From Rickettsiales bacterium (GTDB lineage: Bacteria > Pseudomonadota > Alphaproteobacteria > Rickettsiales > UBA1997): DNA of 64,000 nt. Location of the stretch: contig JAGWYT010000001.1 of the NCBI GenBank assembly GCA_018969185.1, positions 78,112 to 142,111 of the forward strand, written 5' to 3'. Position 1 is the stretch's first letter. Each line of letters begins with the position of its first letter. A program made the translations under genes and the position numbers. Under the pieces are notes generated by a model, which was not told the DNA's origin, did not search any database, and saw only the letters and a list, made by a program, of their open reading frames with translations. Shown here one piece after another: positions 1 through 10,840 of this stretch.

Positions 1-604
1 CTATATCGGCGGCACGAATATTTAAAAGCCAACATAGATTTTCTGGCTTTGTGAGGATCATTGCATCAGATTCAAATCCTTCTAAAACTTTCTTACGTTT
101 TGCAATTGAATCAATTCCAACAATTTTTTTACCGCAAGAAAAAACCTTAGATCTGATTACTTCAGGACGATCTTTCCAAATTTCATCAATAGGATTTTTC
201 TCAAGAAAAATTATTTTGCTGTCTAATCTCTTTAGTGATTTAACAAAATTAAGGCTGCTTAATTTGGGGTCAATTCCAAGTGTTGTTTTCTTATCTAAAT
301 TTTCTTTAAGCCATGACAGAACTGACTTCTCAGCAATATTAATAATTTCAAATTCTCTTTTATCTAATTGTTTTTTTGCCTGCAAAACATAGCGACCATC
401 AGTGAAGAAATAGGATTTTTTTTGAGTAAAAATAATAGTGGCGCTTGAGCCATTGAAGCCACTTATAAACTCAATTCTTTTTTCATTTTGAGGTAAATAT
501 TCTGAAAAAAATTCGTCAGAATTGGGAAGAATAAAATAATCGATTTTATTAGTTCCAAGAAGTTTTTTTAGAGAGTTGGAGCGGCTTTTAAAGACATCTT
601 TCAT
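1..604 (-). CDS. pepP: Xaa-Pro aminopeptidase (M24 family), N-terminal part; gene continues beyond the left edge
   Basis: I translated the minus strand from the ATG (complement of 602-604): MKDVFKSRSNSLKKLLGTNKIDYFILPNSDEFFSEYLPQNEKRIEFISGFNGSSATIIFTQKKSYFFTDGRYVLQAKKQL... This fits the creatinase/prolidase-type N-domain of aminopeptidase P. The frame is open to base 1. It is absent from the ORF track because it is truncated. Confidence 0.6.
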   Translation of the reverse strand, partial: MKDVFKSRSNSLKKLLGTNKIDYFILPNSDEFFSEYLPQNEKRIEFISGFNGSSATIIFTQKKSYFFTDGRYVLQAKKQLDKREFEIINIAEKSVLSWLKENLDKKTTLGIDPKLSSLNFVKSLKRLDSKIIFLEKNPIDEIWKDRPEVIRSKVFSCGKKIVGIDSIAKRKKVLEGFESDAMILTKPENLCWLLNIRAADI

Positions 605-619
605 AAGTTTGTTTTTTTA

Positions 620-695
620 GTAGAGATCCTGAAACAAGTTCAGGATAACAAACCAAACTGCCATCGTCATTCTGAACTTGTTTCAGGATCTCTAT
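620..695. repeat. PE-A palindromic element: two inverted units, variant core TGAAACAAGTTCAGG
   Basis: TAGAGATCCTGAAACAAGTTCAGGA (621-645) is the reverse complement of TCTGAACTTGTTTCAGGATCTCTA (671-694). It has GTCATYCTGA...GGATCTC termini like the other PE-A copies. It lies between pepP and hemC. Confidence 0.8.
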
Positions 696-702
696 ACTTT
701 TT

Positions 703-1641
703 TTAATTACAAATCTTTTTCAACAATTCAGTAGCTTCAGCTTTAGTTTTAATTGCAGCTGTTTTTGCAAGTCTAATTCCATCTTCTAATTTAAATTCAG
801 ATGTGGCGAATGTTTCAAAAATTTCACTGCCATCATAATCAAGAATCATGGTTTTTAAATTTAACAAACCATTCTCAAGATATGCGTAAACTGCAACCGG
901 AGTTGCGCAAGAAGCACCTAGTTCTTTTAAAAAAACTCTCTCACTTTCAAGACAAATTTGAGTTTTTTGGTCATTAATTTGCTCTATTATTTTAAAAGTA
1001 ACATCATCATTTTTACGTGTTTGTATGGCAAGTGAGCCTTGTCCACCAGCAGGTAACATCATTTCTGTTGAAATAACTTCTTTAGCAACATTCTTTTCAA
1101 GCCTTTGTAAACCACATATTGCAAGGATTGAAGCATCAACTTCATCTTTACTGATTTTATTTAAACGAGTATCAACATTACCACGGAAATTTACAATTTT
1201 TAAATCAGGTCTTAAACGCAGCAAAATAGCTTTTCTACGCGCTGAAGAAGTACCAACTACAGCACCTTGTGGAAGTTCTTTAAATGAATTAAATTTTTTT
1301 GAAATAAAACAATCTCTAACGTCAAATCTTCTTGTAAAAGCGGCAATAATAGTTTCTTCGCTAATGAATGGAGGCACGTCTTTTGCAGAATGAACGGCAA
1401 TGTCGATTTTATTTTGTAGTAAAGCTTCTTCTAATTCTTTGATAAAAAGTCCCTTACCGCCAATTTCAGCAAGGTTACGATCTTGAATCTTGTCGCCAGA
1501 AGTTGTAAAGGAAACAATCTCAATTTGATTTTCTGTGATGTTGGTGTTTTTTAAGATAAGATTTTTAACTTCCAAAGATTGTGCCATTGCAAGATTGCTT
1601 GCTCTGGTGCCAATCCTAATTTTTTTGGAAATCAAAGACAT
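703..1641 (-). CDS. hemC: hydroxymethylbilane synthase (porphobilinogen deaminase)
   Basis: 312-aa ORF. N-terminus IRIGTRASNLAMAQS and overall collinearity match HemC. Confidence 0.9.
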   Translation of the reverse strand: MSLISKKIRIGTRASNLAMAQSLEVKNLILKNTNITENQIEIVSFTTSGDKIQDRNLAEIGGKGLFIKELEEALLQNKIDIAVHSAKDVPPFISEETIIAAFTRRFDVRDCFISKKFNSFKELPQGAVVGTSSARRKAILLRLRPDLKIVNFRGNVDTRLNKISKDEVDASILAICGLQRLEKNVAKEVISTEMMLPAGGQGSLAIQTRKNDDVTFKIIEQINDQKTQICLESERVFLKELGASCATPVAVYAYLENGLLNLKTMILDYDGSEIFETFATSEFKLEDGIRLAKTAAIKTKAEATELLKKICN

Positions 1642-1663
1642 TTATTTAAAGAAGAGTTTAATG

Positions 1664-1694
1664 TAAAAAGGCGACCTCAGGGGCCGCCTTTTTG
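1664..1694 (-). terminator. intrinsic terminator-like hairpin downstream of rpmJ
   Basis: AGGCGACC-loop-GGCCGCCT stem, flanked by an A-run and a T-run on both sides. It lies between the rpmJ stop and the hemC start. Confidence 0.5.
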
Positions 1695-1716
1695 CACAAA
1701 TTAATTTTTAAAAAAC

Positions 1717-1842
1717 TTAACCTTGTCTTGCTTTGAAGCGAGGATTAGTTTTGTTAATGATATAAAGACGACCTTTACGACGCACGATTTTGCAGTCTTT
1801 ATGTCTTTTTTTAGCAGATTTTAACGAATTATAAATTTTCAT
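1717..1842 (-). CDS. rpmJ: 50S ribosomal protein L36
   Basis: My own translation, not in the ORF track because it is under 60 aa: [41 protein letters not shown], 41 aa. This is the canonical L36 sequence pattern. Confidence 0.85.
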   Translation of the reverse strand: MKIYNSLKSAKKRHKDCKIVRRKGRLYIINKTNPRFKARQG

Positions 1843-1955
1843 CCTGTTTACCTATATAAATTAAAAGATTAGCTATGGTTTTTATATTTTAAACCTTACT
1901 AGCATCAGAAATTAAGAACACTTGCGAGGCAGAAATTAGGTGTCTTCTTGCGGGA

Positions 1956-1983
1956 ATTCTACGTAAAAGATTTTATTTGTCAA
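1956..1983 (-). promoter_or_regulatory. candidate sigma70 promoter for rpmJ
   Basis: The minus strand reads TTGACA (complement of 1978-1983), a 16-nt spacer, then TAGAAT (complement of 1956-1961). It is about 110 nt upstream of the rpmJ ATG. Confidence 0.35.
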
Positions 1984-2060
1984 TGAAGGTTTTTAACACC
2001 AAAAGAAAAAGTAGGTATCACGCCGTGAGGCGTGAATAAGGATTTGATAACAGAATTAAA

Positions 2061-3197
2061 TCAAGAAATTTCTCTCAAATTGTCTTCAATTTTTTTTACC
2101 AAATGCAGCGTATTTTCCAGCAATTCTTTATTTTCAGGAGAAGAGCTTGAAACCTGTTTTTGCAGATTTTCTTTTATTTCTGAAGTGCGATGTTTAGCTT
2201 CAATAATTACAGTTAATAATCTTTCAGCTTCTTTGTGTTTTTTTCTATAGATAAAGACAAATAATAATGTTGAGGTAAAAAATAATATTAATATTTCCAC
2301 AAATCTTGATATAAAGCTGCTCCATAGCCCATTAGCAATCATTTTATCATCATATCTTAGAACTAGATAATAGGGATAGTTTTTGATTCTTTTAACTAAA
2401 ATTCCATGGCGATTTTTAAATAATGAGATATCAATAATACTTATTTCTTCATCAGAATCTTGTAATTTTTGTAACATTGTTTTTATTAAATTGGCATCAA
2501 CAAAAATTCCTCGTGAGAAGCCAAATGAGGTGTTGTATCCGTAAAGCACAGTTACACCTTTAAAGTTTACTAATTCAAATCCCACATTGTTATTTTGTAA
2601 TGTTTTGCGGAGTGATCTTGCCAGTGCATTTATTTCAAATCCTATTGTTAATGCGCCAAGATATTTGCCGCTCGAATCAACTGCACCAACGCCTCCCGGT
2701 ATCATCCATTTTTTACTTGTTGAACCAAGAACAGGATTTCCTAAATGAAATTCGTCAGGTCTATCAACTGTGAGGTGAATATAATCGCGGTTTGAAAGGT
2801 CATAAGGTTCTGTCATTACGCCATATTTTGCATCAACAGTAATTTGATGATGAGAATTTGCCCAAGAAAAAAGAGTCCAAGAGAATGCTTCGCTTAAGTC
2901 AGGGCTGGTTTTAAACTTGGAAATAATCTGGTTAATATAGGTTTTATTATTTGGATCTTTAGCAATTTGCTCATTCATATTTTTTATAATGGCAAATGTG
3001 TGTTCTACGCTGTCAATCAAGCTTGCCTCAATTCTTATTGCTTCAATTCCAAGAGCATTTTTTATTTTATCTTCTTCAATTTTAACGAGATGAACAAAGA
3101 ACCAAGCTGTTAGAGCTAGAACAGAGATGGGAATAATTATGAAAATTGTGGGGACGTCGTTGAGTAACTTAGAAAATATTTCTAAATTTTTTTTCAT
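2061..3197 (-). CDS. membrane protein with a periplasmic Cache-like sensor domain; no kinase or output domain
   Basis: 378-aa ORF with an N-terminal TM segment, a ~270-aa extracytoplasmic region, a second TM (ILILFFTSTLLFVFIY), then only ~60 aa of coiled tail. The Cache-like assignment is by pattern only. Confidence 0.45.
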   Translation of the reverse strand: MKKNLEIFSKLLNDVPTIFIIIPISVLALTAWFFVHLVKIEEDKIKNALGIEAIRIEASLIDSVEHTFAIIKNMNEQIAKDPNNKTYINQIISKFKTSPDLSEAFSWTLFSWANSHHQITVDAKYGVMTEPYDLSNRDYIHLTVDRPDEFHLGNPVLGSTSKKWMIPGGVGAVDSSGKYLGALTIGFEINALARSLRKTLQNNNVGFELVNFKGVTVLYGYNTSFGFSRGIFVDANLIKTMLQKLQDSDEEISIIDISLFKNRHGILVKRIKNYPYYLVLRYDDKMIANGLWSSFISRFVEILILFFTSTLLFVFIYRKKHKEAERLLTVIIEAKHRTSEIKENLQKQVSSSSPENKELLENTLHLVKKIEDNLREIS

Positions 3198-3301
3198 AAG
3201 TGTGTTTTTTTAATCTAAAAAATTCCTTTAAAAAACTCGTTTTTGCAGAAAATAAAAATAACTAATCAGTTTTCAGCAGGAGGATCTTTCTAAAGAAACT
3301 C

Positions 3302-4489
3302 TTATCTATCAACTTCACCAAACACAATATCTTGTGTTGAAATTACTGTAACAACGTCAGCAAGCATGTGTCCCTTAACCATAAAATCTAATGCTTGAAG
3401 ATGGGCAAAACCTGGTGCACGAACACGGCAACGGTGAGGTTTATTGCCACCATTTGAAATGATATAAACGCCAAATTCACCTTTTGGAGCTTCAACGCAT
3501 CCGTAAGCTTCACCTTTCGGCACGTGATAACCTTCAGTAAATAATTTGAAATGATTAATCAAGCTTTCCATTGAGTGTTTCATCTCGCCTCTTTTTGGCG
3601 GAGCGATTTTAGAATCTAAAGTCATGATTGCACCTTTTGGCATTTTTTCTAAACATTGCTTGATGATCTTAATTGATTCACGCATTTCAGAAACGCGAAC
3701 TAAATAACGATCATAAGAATCACCATTCTTGCCAATTGGAATGTCAAAATCTAATTCAGAATAAACTTCATAAGGTTGGCTTTTGCGTAGGTCCCAAGCA
3801 ATTCCAGAACCACGAATCATTGGGCCAGAAAAACCCCAAGCTAAAGCTTCATCTTTTGAAACAACACCAATTTCAACCATTCTTTGTTTGAAGATACGAT
3901 TGTCAGTTAAAAGAGTTTCAAGGTCATCAACATATTTGATGAAATTATTAGCGAAATCAAAAATTTCTTCTTCTAATTTTGCTGGCAAATCTTGATGAAC
4001 ACCACCCGGACGAACATAAGCAGCGTGCATTCTTGAGCCAGAAACTTTTTCATAAAAGCCCATCATTTTTTCACGTTCTTCAAACATCCAAAGAAGTGGC
4101 GTCATGGCACCAACGTCAAGAGCTTGCGTGGTAACTGCCATGATGTGATTTAGGATTCGAGTAATTTCTGAAAATAAAACACGAATATATTTTGCTCTAA
4201 GTGGAACTTCGCATCCAAGAAGCTTTTCAACAGCTAAAGCGTAAGCGTGTTCTTGACACATTGGAGATACGTAATCAAGGCGATCAAAATAAGGAATTGC
4301 TTGAGTGTAAGTTTTATATTCAATTAATTTTTCAGTACCGCGATGAAGCAAGCCAATATGTGGATCAGCGCGGGTGATAACTTCACCATCCATTTCTAAA
4401 ACTAAACGCAGCACGCCGTGAGCGGCAGGGTGTTGCGGACCAAAATTTATGGTCATATTTTTAAGATCAACTTGATTAGCAGATGACAT
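3302..4489 (-). CDS. nuoD: NADH-quinone oxidoreductase subunit D
   Basis: 395-aa ORF with [15 protein letters not shown] near the N-terminus and ...DIVFGEVDR at the C-terminus, both classic NuoD. No other nuo genes are adjacent. Confidence 0.95.
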   Translation of the reverse strand: MSSANQVDLKNMTINFGPQHPAAHGVLRLVLEMDGEVITRADPHIGLLHRGTEKLIEYKTYTQAIPYFDRLDYVSPMCQEHAYALAVEKLLGCEVPLRAKYIRVLFSEITRILNHIMAVTTQALDVGAMTPLLWMFEEREKMMGFYEKVSGSRMHAAYVRPGGVHQDLPAKLEEEIFDFANNFIKYVDDLETLLTDNRIFKQRMVEIGVVSKDEALAWGFSGPMIRGSGIAWDLRKSQPYEVYSELDFDIPIGKNGDSYDRYLVRVSEMRESIKIIKQCLEKMPKGAIMTLDSKIAPPKRGEMKHSMESLINHFKLFTEGYHVPKGEAYGCVEAPKGEFGVYIISNGGNKPHRCRVRAPGFAHLQALDFMVKGHMLADVVTVISTQDIVFGEVDR

Positions 4490-4593
4490 TGTTTTTTGAA
4501 AATTTGAATCTGATTTAAATGAGATTATGCATTTTTAGACCATTGGATCAAAAAAAACAAATTAAAAAAAGGATTTTTCAAATGAAAACAGAT

Positions 4594-4739
4594 GTTATGC
4601 CTGACAAACAATTTCTTAGTTGGCTTTGCCAACTTAGAAATTGTAGATTCGGCATCCATAGTTATTTTTTATGAACTGCGGATGAATAATTTCTAGGAAT
4701 CGCTTTGCAATTCTAAGAAATTATATCTCTGCAATGACG
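4594..4739. repeat. PE-B composite palindromic element, copy 1 (reverse orientation)
   Basis: Its reverse complement begins CGTCATTGCAGAG..TTTCTTAGA.., continues ..TCATCCGCA.. and ..TCTACAATTTCTAAG.., and ends ..TGTCAGGCATAAC. It is collinear with the copies at 23595-23739 and 45149-45286. Confidence 0.8.
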
Positions 4740-4784
4740 AAATCTGTTATTATTTGACAAGCTCTAGGTACTTTTTGATTATGA

Positions 4785-5726
4785 TTAAAGTTTCTGTATC
4801 AGAATATTTCTATTAATTGCTGTTTCATAACCAAGCAGCAATGGCATCATGTTTTTTGAATGTCCAAGGCAGTTTGATTTTTCTTTTAGAACTGGAATTT
4901 TTAAATTATTTTCCGCAATTTTGGCAATAAATCTTTTAATTGCCATATCAATATTTTTTGCCTTTGGAGTGCCGTGTGGATTACTTTCTAAAAAATTTCC
5001 AAGTAAAATTGCTTTTGGATATTTTTTTGTTTCAAGCAGGATTGTTATTATTTGGTTGAAGTAACGATCAAGCCTTTCGCCATCTTCTCCCTCATCTTCT
5101 AAAAAAAGAATTTTGTTTTCGAAGTCAATTTGATTTTTAGTGCCAAAATTTCCTGCTAAAACGCTGATACAGCCACCGACTATGCTGCATTTATTGTTAT
5201 TGAAAGAAATATTATTTAATTGTTTTAAATTATATTTTAGTTCTTTGGTTTTTCCAAAAAGTAAATTTATTATGGTGGAAACTGATTTTTCTGACACTTT
5301 ATTTAAAGCAATTTGAGCAAGGACGGGCGCGCATATAGCAGACCAATTCCACTTTTGTTCCATAAATGTTGTAAGCGAAACTATGTCAGAAAAACCAATA
5401 AAAATTTTTTGATTTTCTGGCTTTGGCATTTTTTGTAAAAAAGGCAAAATCTCTGCGCTACCATAGCCACCGCGGGCGCACCAAATTATTTTTGATTCAG
5501 AATTTTCAACTGCATATTTAAATTCTTTGAAGCGATTAATTGCCGCAAAGCTTGGAAATTCATGATTTATAGCTTTTTTTAAAATTAATTTTTCATCAAT
5601 AATTCTTGGAGTAAGACCAATTTTTTTGATAAAATTTTTTATTTTTGTGATTTCGTCTTTAGTGCAAGCGGTTGCGGGTGATATAATATCAACAACATCA
5701 CCTTTTTTTAAAGCTTTAAAATTCAT
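4785..5726 (-). CDS. ldcA: LD-carboxypeptidase (peptidase S66, muramoyltetrapeptide carboxypeptidase-like)
   Basis: 313-aa ORF with a GFSDIVSL nucleophile motif, an EDEGE acidic patch and a C-terminal GH, as in the S66 family. Confidence 0.7.
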   Translation of the reverse strand: MNFKALKKGDVVDIISPATACTKDEITKIKNFIKKIGLTPRIIDEKLILKKAINHEFPSFAAINRFKEFKYAVENSESKIIWCARGGYGSAEILPFLQKMPKPENQKIFIGFSDIVSLTTFMEQKWNWSAICAPVLAQIALNKVSEKSVSTIINLLFGKTKELKYNLKQLNNISFNNNKCSIVGGCISVLAGNFGTKNQIDFENKILFLEDEGEDGERLDRYFNQIITILLETKKYPKAILLGNFLESNPHGTPKAKNIDMAIKRFIAKIAENNLKIPVLKEKSNCLGHSKNMMPLLLGYETAINRNILIQKL

Positions 5727-5812
5727 AGGATTTTTTGATTTACATAAATAATCTGTAACCTAGAATTAACGATCCGAATTAATTTCCAATTAAAATTTTT
5801 TAAAAAAAGATT

Positions 5813-7315
5813 ATGAAAGATAAAGTTATTATCTTTGACACAACTTTGCGTGATGGTGAGCAAGCTCCCGGAGCTACGATGAATTTGGAAGAAAAATTAC
5901 TGATTGCGAAGAACTTAGAAAAAATGGGCGTTGATGTAATTGAAGCTGGGTTTCCGGCTGCGTCAAATGGTGATTTTGAAGCGGTTAATAGAATTGCTAA
6001 AACTATTAAAAATTCAGTTGTATGTGGTTTAGCGCGCGCTAAAAAATCTGACATTGAAAGAACTGCGGAAGCTGTGAAGCCAGCAGCAAAGCCAAGAATT
6101 CACACTTTTCTTGCCACAAGCAAAATCCACATGCAATATAAGTTGAAAATGGACGAAGCACAAGTTTTAAATGCCATTACAGAAAGCGTTTCTTTAGCGC
6201 GTGGCTTATGTCCGGAAGTTGATTGGTCGCCAGAAGATGCAACACGTTCAGAACATGATTTCTTATTTAAAGCAATTGAAACTGCAATTAAGGCTGGAGC
6301 TAATACTATCAACATCCCGGACACTGTTGGTTATACAACTCCTGAAGAATATTTTGCCTTAATTTCAGCAATAAAAAATAATGTTTCTAACATTGATAAG
6401 GCAATAATTTCATCGCATTGTCATAATGATTTAGGCATGGCGGTGGCAAATTCTTTAGCAGCAATGAGAGCTGGTGCCAGACAAATTGAATGCACAATTA
6501 ATGGTATTGGTGAACGGGCAGGCAACGCTGCTTTAGAAGAAATTGTTATGGCAATTAAAACACGCGGTGATTTTTATGGTGTTGAAACAGGCGTTGACAC
6601 CACAATGATTACCAGAATTTCAAAATTAGTTTCAAGCATTACAGGTTTTCCAGTGCAATATAATAAGGCGATTGTTGGCGCTAACGCCTTTGCTCATGAA
6701 AGTGGAATTCATCAAGATGGAATTTTGAAAAATCGCGAGACTTATGAAATTATGACTCCAGAGTCAGTTGGTTTAGAAAAATCTTCTTTGGTTTTAGGAA
6801 AATTATCTGGGCGCGCTGCTTTCAAGGATCGCTTAAAAGAAATTGGTTATGATTTAAGTGAAGAGACTTTGGCGGAAGCTTTCAAGAAATTTAAGGATTT
6901 AGCGGACAAAAAGAAAGAAATTCTTGATGAAGACATTATCTCTTTAGTTGATGATTCGTTGATTAATCAAGGTTCGCGTTATCAGCTAATTGATTTGGAC
7001 GTTAAATGTGGTGCGGCTAAGGATGCAAAAATTTCAATTAAAATAAAAATTGACAATGAGGAGAAAAATGCTAATTTTTCTTCGAAGGATGGTCCGGTGG
7101 ATGCAATTTTTGGTGCCATCAAGTCTTTAATACCGCATAATGCTACGCTAGAACTATATCAGCTTCACGGCGTAACAGAAGGAACAGATGCTCAAGCAAC
7201 TGCAACTGTAAGATTAAGGCAAAATAACAGAACTTTTAGTGCTAATGGTTCAGATACTGATGTGCTTGTGGCATCAGCTTTGGCCTACATAAATTGTTTA
7301 GACAAAATTAAATAA
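5813..7315 (+). CDS. leuA: 2-isopropylmalate synthase
   Basis: 500-aa ORF with IFDTTLRDGEQAPGA, HCHNDLGMAVANSLAA and a C-terminal LeuA-dimer-like region. Confidence 0.8.
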   Translation: MKDKVIIFDTTLRDGEQAPGATMNLEEKLLIAKNLEKMGVDVIEAGFPAASNGDFEAVNRIAKTIKNSVVCGLARAKKSDIERTAEAVKPAAKPRIHTFLATSKIHMQYKLKMDEAQVLNAITESVSLARGLCPEVDWSPEDATRSEHDFLFKAIETAIKAGANTINIPDTVGYTTPEEYFALISAIKNNVSNIDKAIISSHCHNDLGMAVANSLAAMRAGARQIECTINGIGERAGNAALEEIVMAIKTRGDFYGVETGVDTTMITRISKLVSSITGFPVQYNKAIVGANAFAHESGIHQDGILKNRETYEIMTPESVGLEKSSLVLGKLSGRAAFKDRLKEIGYDLSEETLAEAFKKFKDLADKKKEILDEDIISLVDDSLINQGSRYQLIDLDVKCGAAKDAKISIKIKIDNEEKNANFSSKDGPVDAIFGAIKSLIPHNATLELYQLHGVTEGTDAQATATVRLRQNNRTFSANGSDTDVLVASALAYINCLDKIK

Positions 7316-8380
<1,065 letters not shown>

Positions 8381-8397
8381 TAGACTCTTGCCTTTGT

Positions 8398-9243
8398 TTG
8401 AGTATGAAGCATTATTTGCATTTCAGCAAGTCAAATACACATTATAGCTTAAGTCATGATTTTACTTCGGTTTTTAAAAGAATCGAATTTCCTTTCTTCT
8501 GTTTTCTTTGTCTTGTTTTTATTGTTACTTCAAAAATAAATAAGGATTTTTCAAGATCAGTTTCTGGTAGTTTTATTGGTATATCAATGCCAATCACTAA
8601 ATTTGCGGCCTTGCCGTTTAATACGGCGATTAATCTTTTAACCAATTTTCAAGAATTAATTGAAGCTAAAAAAAATAACGAAGTTTTAAAAGCAGAGAAT
8701 GAAAAGCTAAAATCATTTTATATTAACGCGGTGAATATTGGACGTGAGAATAAAGAGCTGAAACAGACATTGCAATTTATCACAACAAAAAGTTCTAGTT
8801 ACAAAGTAGGGCATATTATTGGCAGAACTCATCAAATATTTAATCAGGCTGTTTATATTGATATAGGCAAGAATCGCGATGTTAAAGAAGGTTCAATTGT
8901 TTCAGGAAATCGTGGTGTGATTGGTAGAATTTCAGAAGTATTTGATGATAAATCACGCCTGTTACTTGTTACTGACGCTAATTCACGAATTCCAATTATT
9001 ACTTCTAAAGCTAGAGTTCGCGGTATTTTAGCTGGTAATAACAGTTCAACTATGGAAATTTTATATTTGCAAAAAAATCATGCGATTAGACCCGGAGATT
9101 TTGTATTTACTTCAGGGGATGGTGACACTTTACCAGCAGGAATTTTGATTGGTATAGTGAAGAGAGTTGATAAAGGCTATGCCGCAGTTGAGATGGTCGA
9201 AAACATTAATAATGCGGATATTATTACGGTGATGGATTATTGA
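8398..9243 (+). CDS. mreC: rod shape-determining protein MreC
   Basis: 281-aa ORF directly after mreB, with a coiled-coil segment (ENEKLK) followed by beta-rich domains ending ...TSGDGDTLPAGILIG. The exact start is uncertain. Confidence 0.8.
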   Translation: MSMKHYLHFSKSNTHYSLSHDFTSVFKRIEFPFFCFLCLVFIVTSKINKDFSRSVSGSFIGISMPITKFAALPFNTAINLLTNFQELIEAKKNNEVLKAENEKLKSFYINAVNIGRENKELKQTLQFITTKSSSYKVGHIIGRTHQIFNQAVYIDIGKNRDVKEGSIVSGNRGVIGRISEVFDDKSRLLLVTDANSRIPIITSKARVRGILAGNNSSTMEILYLQKNHAIRPGDFVFTSGDGDTLPAGILIGIVKRVDKGYAAVEMVENINNADIITVMDY

Positions 9244-9254
9244 GAATAAAAAAT

Positions 9255-9735
9255 GTCATCCCAATAGGGAGATCACTGCCTCTGGCGGGGGACTAACCAA
9301 GGTTTGGCCTATGCGTAAGTATTTAATTTATTAATATTTTTTACTTTTTACTTACGTGTCATCCTGAGCCTTAGAATTTGTTTTACAAATTCTTGGCGAA
9401 GGATCTCATGTGTTTTGAGTTTTTTTTAAATTTGCAAAAAGAATTTTGTTTAAAGTTGCATGAGATCCTTCTCTCACAGTCACTAGAAGTGACTGTAGAG
9501 CTCAGAATGACAGTGTAATGAATTTAATTTTTAATAAGAATTAAATTTAGTTTATTTTTTAGGATTCGTTCAAAACAAACTCAGAACAAATCCCATTATT
9601 TCGTTAACATAAACCGCCTTCTGGCGGTTCATAAACATAGCTCCAGCTTCGTTGGGGGTAATTGACCCTTGATTTTACGAAGTAAAATCAAGTATCTTAT
9701 GCGTTTTAGGGAAGAGATCCTATTTCAAGGATGAC
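9255..9735. repeat. ~480-bp gene-free nest of palindromic elements (PE-A units nested inside an outer PE-A pair)
   Basis: Outer pair: GTCATCCCAATAGGGAGATC (9255-9274) and GAGATCCTATTTCAAGGATGAC (9714-9735). Inner inverted pair: 9358-9410 and 9459-9511. There are further AT-rich and GC hairpins at about 9525-9560, 9615-9632 and 9668-9692. Confidence 0.75.
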
Positions 9736-9750
9736 GCGATTTGATTCTTA

Positions 9751-10311
9751 TTACTTCTTCATTTCACGCATCATAAATGGCATTTGAGAGATGGTGAAAA
9801 TTATTGAGATGGGTAAAATGCCAAATACTTTGAACTGAACCCAAAAGTCAGTTGGGAAACTTCTCCAGATTATTTCATTTAGTAAAGCTAAGAATACGAA
9901 GAATAAGGCCCAGCGTAAGGAAAGCTTTAGCCACGCGGAATTGGACATTTTAATTTCTGTGCCAAGTAAATAGGAAATAAGCGGTTTCTTGGTAAAATAT
10001 CCGTAAAATAAAATAGCAGCAAAAACCAAATTGATGATTGTTGGTTTAATTTTGATAAAGTTTTCATCTTTAAAAATTATTGTCAATCCACCAAAAGTTC
10101 CTAAAATTAACCCTGAAAATAGAGCCATTTTAGAAATATGTTTGGTTAGAATATATGATATGATTAAAGAGATGAAGGTTGAGATGAGTAAGCAGATTGT
10201 GGCAAATAAAAGAGGATTTTCGCCTTTATTTAATTTATAAGCTACGAAGAAAATGGCTAAAGGTGCATAGTCGCACAATATTTTTGATAGTGCTTCTTTA
10301 TTCTTAATCAC
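9751..10311 (-). CDS. yciB: intracellular septation protein A (YciB/IspZ)
   Basis: The 186-aa ORF is collinear with E. coli YciB as I remember it: ...FFVAYK..., ...KMAL...GGLT..F.DE.FIK.K.T..., ...W..FKVFG.... Confidence 0.85.
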   Translation of the reverse strand: MIKNKEALSKILCDYAPLAIFFVAYKLNKGENPLLFATICLLISTFISLIISYILTKHISKMALFSGLILGTFGGLTIIFKDENFIKIKPTIINLVFAAILFYGYFTKKPLISYLLGTEIKMSNSAWLKLSLRWALFFVFLALLNEIIWRSFPTDFWVQFKVFGILPISIIFTISQMPFMMREMKK

Positions 10312-10840
10312 AGGATAATTTTACTTTTAAAGTGGAAGTTTTTTTATTGATATCAACTATAGTGATATTGTATTTAACATCACTTTTAAGTTTTGGAAGA
10401 CTAGGGCCGGTTGCTTGATTTGTATTCATTACATCCATGATATTGATTTTCTTGGTTTCTCCAATTTTCATACCCATAATATTTTTTTCTATAACGGTAT
10501 CAATCTTACTGCCAATAGTGAATTTTTTATTTTTCTCTGTGTAAAGTTTTTTATCATTATTATAAATGCTGTAATCTGTTATAACTTCGTCACCACATTC
10601 TATAATAACATCTCCCATTTTAGTATTTTCTGCCGCAACTTTTTTAGCAGCGCCAACATTGGTGATAATAAATTTACTTTTACTTCCAGCTTCATGTAAA
10701 TTTTTTTCGATCTTGTCCTTAGATAGTCTATTTCTAAGGCTGTCAGGGTTTTTCTTATCGGAAAATAAGGCAAGATAAAGAATTACTGCAATGGCGCCAA
10801 TTTTTACTAATGGATTTTTTAATATTTCATTTGTTAGCAT
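10304..10840 (-). CDS. membrane-anchored protein with an FKBP-type PPIase-like C-terminal domain
   Basis: 178-aa ORF with an N-terminal TM segment. FTIGSKIDTVIEKNIMGMKIGETKKINI resembles the FKBP F.lG....i.G.e.gl.GMk.GE motif. The match is weak. Confidence 0.4.
   Translation of the reverse strand: MLTNEILKNPLVKIGAIAVILYLALFSDKKNPDSLRNRLSKDKIEKNLHEAGSKSKFIITNVGAAKKVAAENTKMGDVIIECGDEVITDYSIYNNDKKLYTEKNKKFTIGSKIDTVIEKNIMGMKIGETKKINIMDVMNTNQATGPSLPKLKSDVKYNITIVDINKKTSTLKVKLSCD

Noticed and set aside
51-392. Track ORF of 113 aa on the plus strand.
   Set aside because: It lies antisense within the clearly recognisable pepP N-terminal coding region (minus strand) and has a low-complexity, hydrophobic composition. 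It is spurious.
1025-1393. Plus-strand 122-aa ORF inside hemC, and similar antisense ORFs inside nuoD, ldcA, leuA, the RND pump, the OMF, dnaK and pilB.
   Set aside because: All are embedded antisense or out of frame in genes with strong family signatures. They have no recognisable motifs and are typical shadow ORFs of AT-rich DNA.
9255-9735. The clustered palindromic repeats might be a CRISPR array.
   Set aside because: The units are inverted rather than direct, have irregular spacing and are related to dispersed copies throughout the window. There are no regular repeat-spacer periodicity, no leader and no cas genes.
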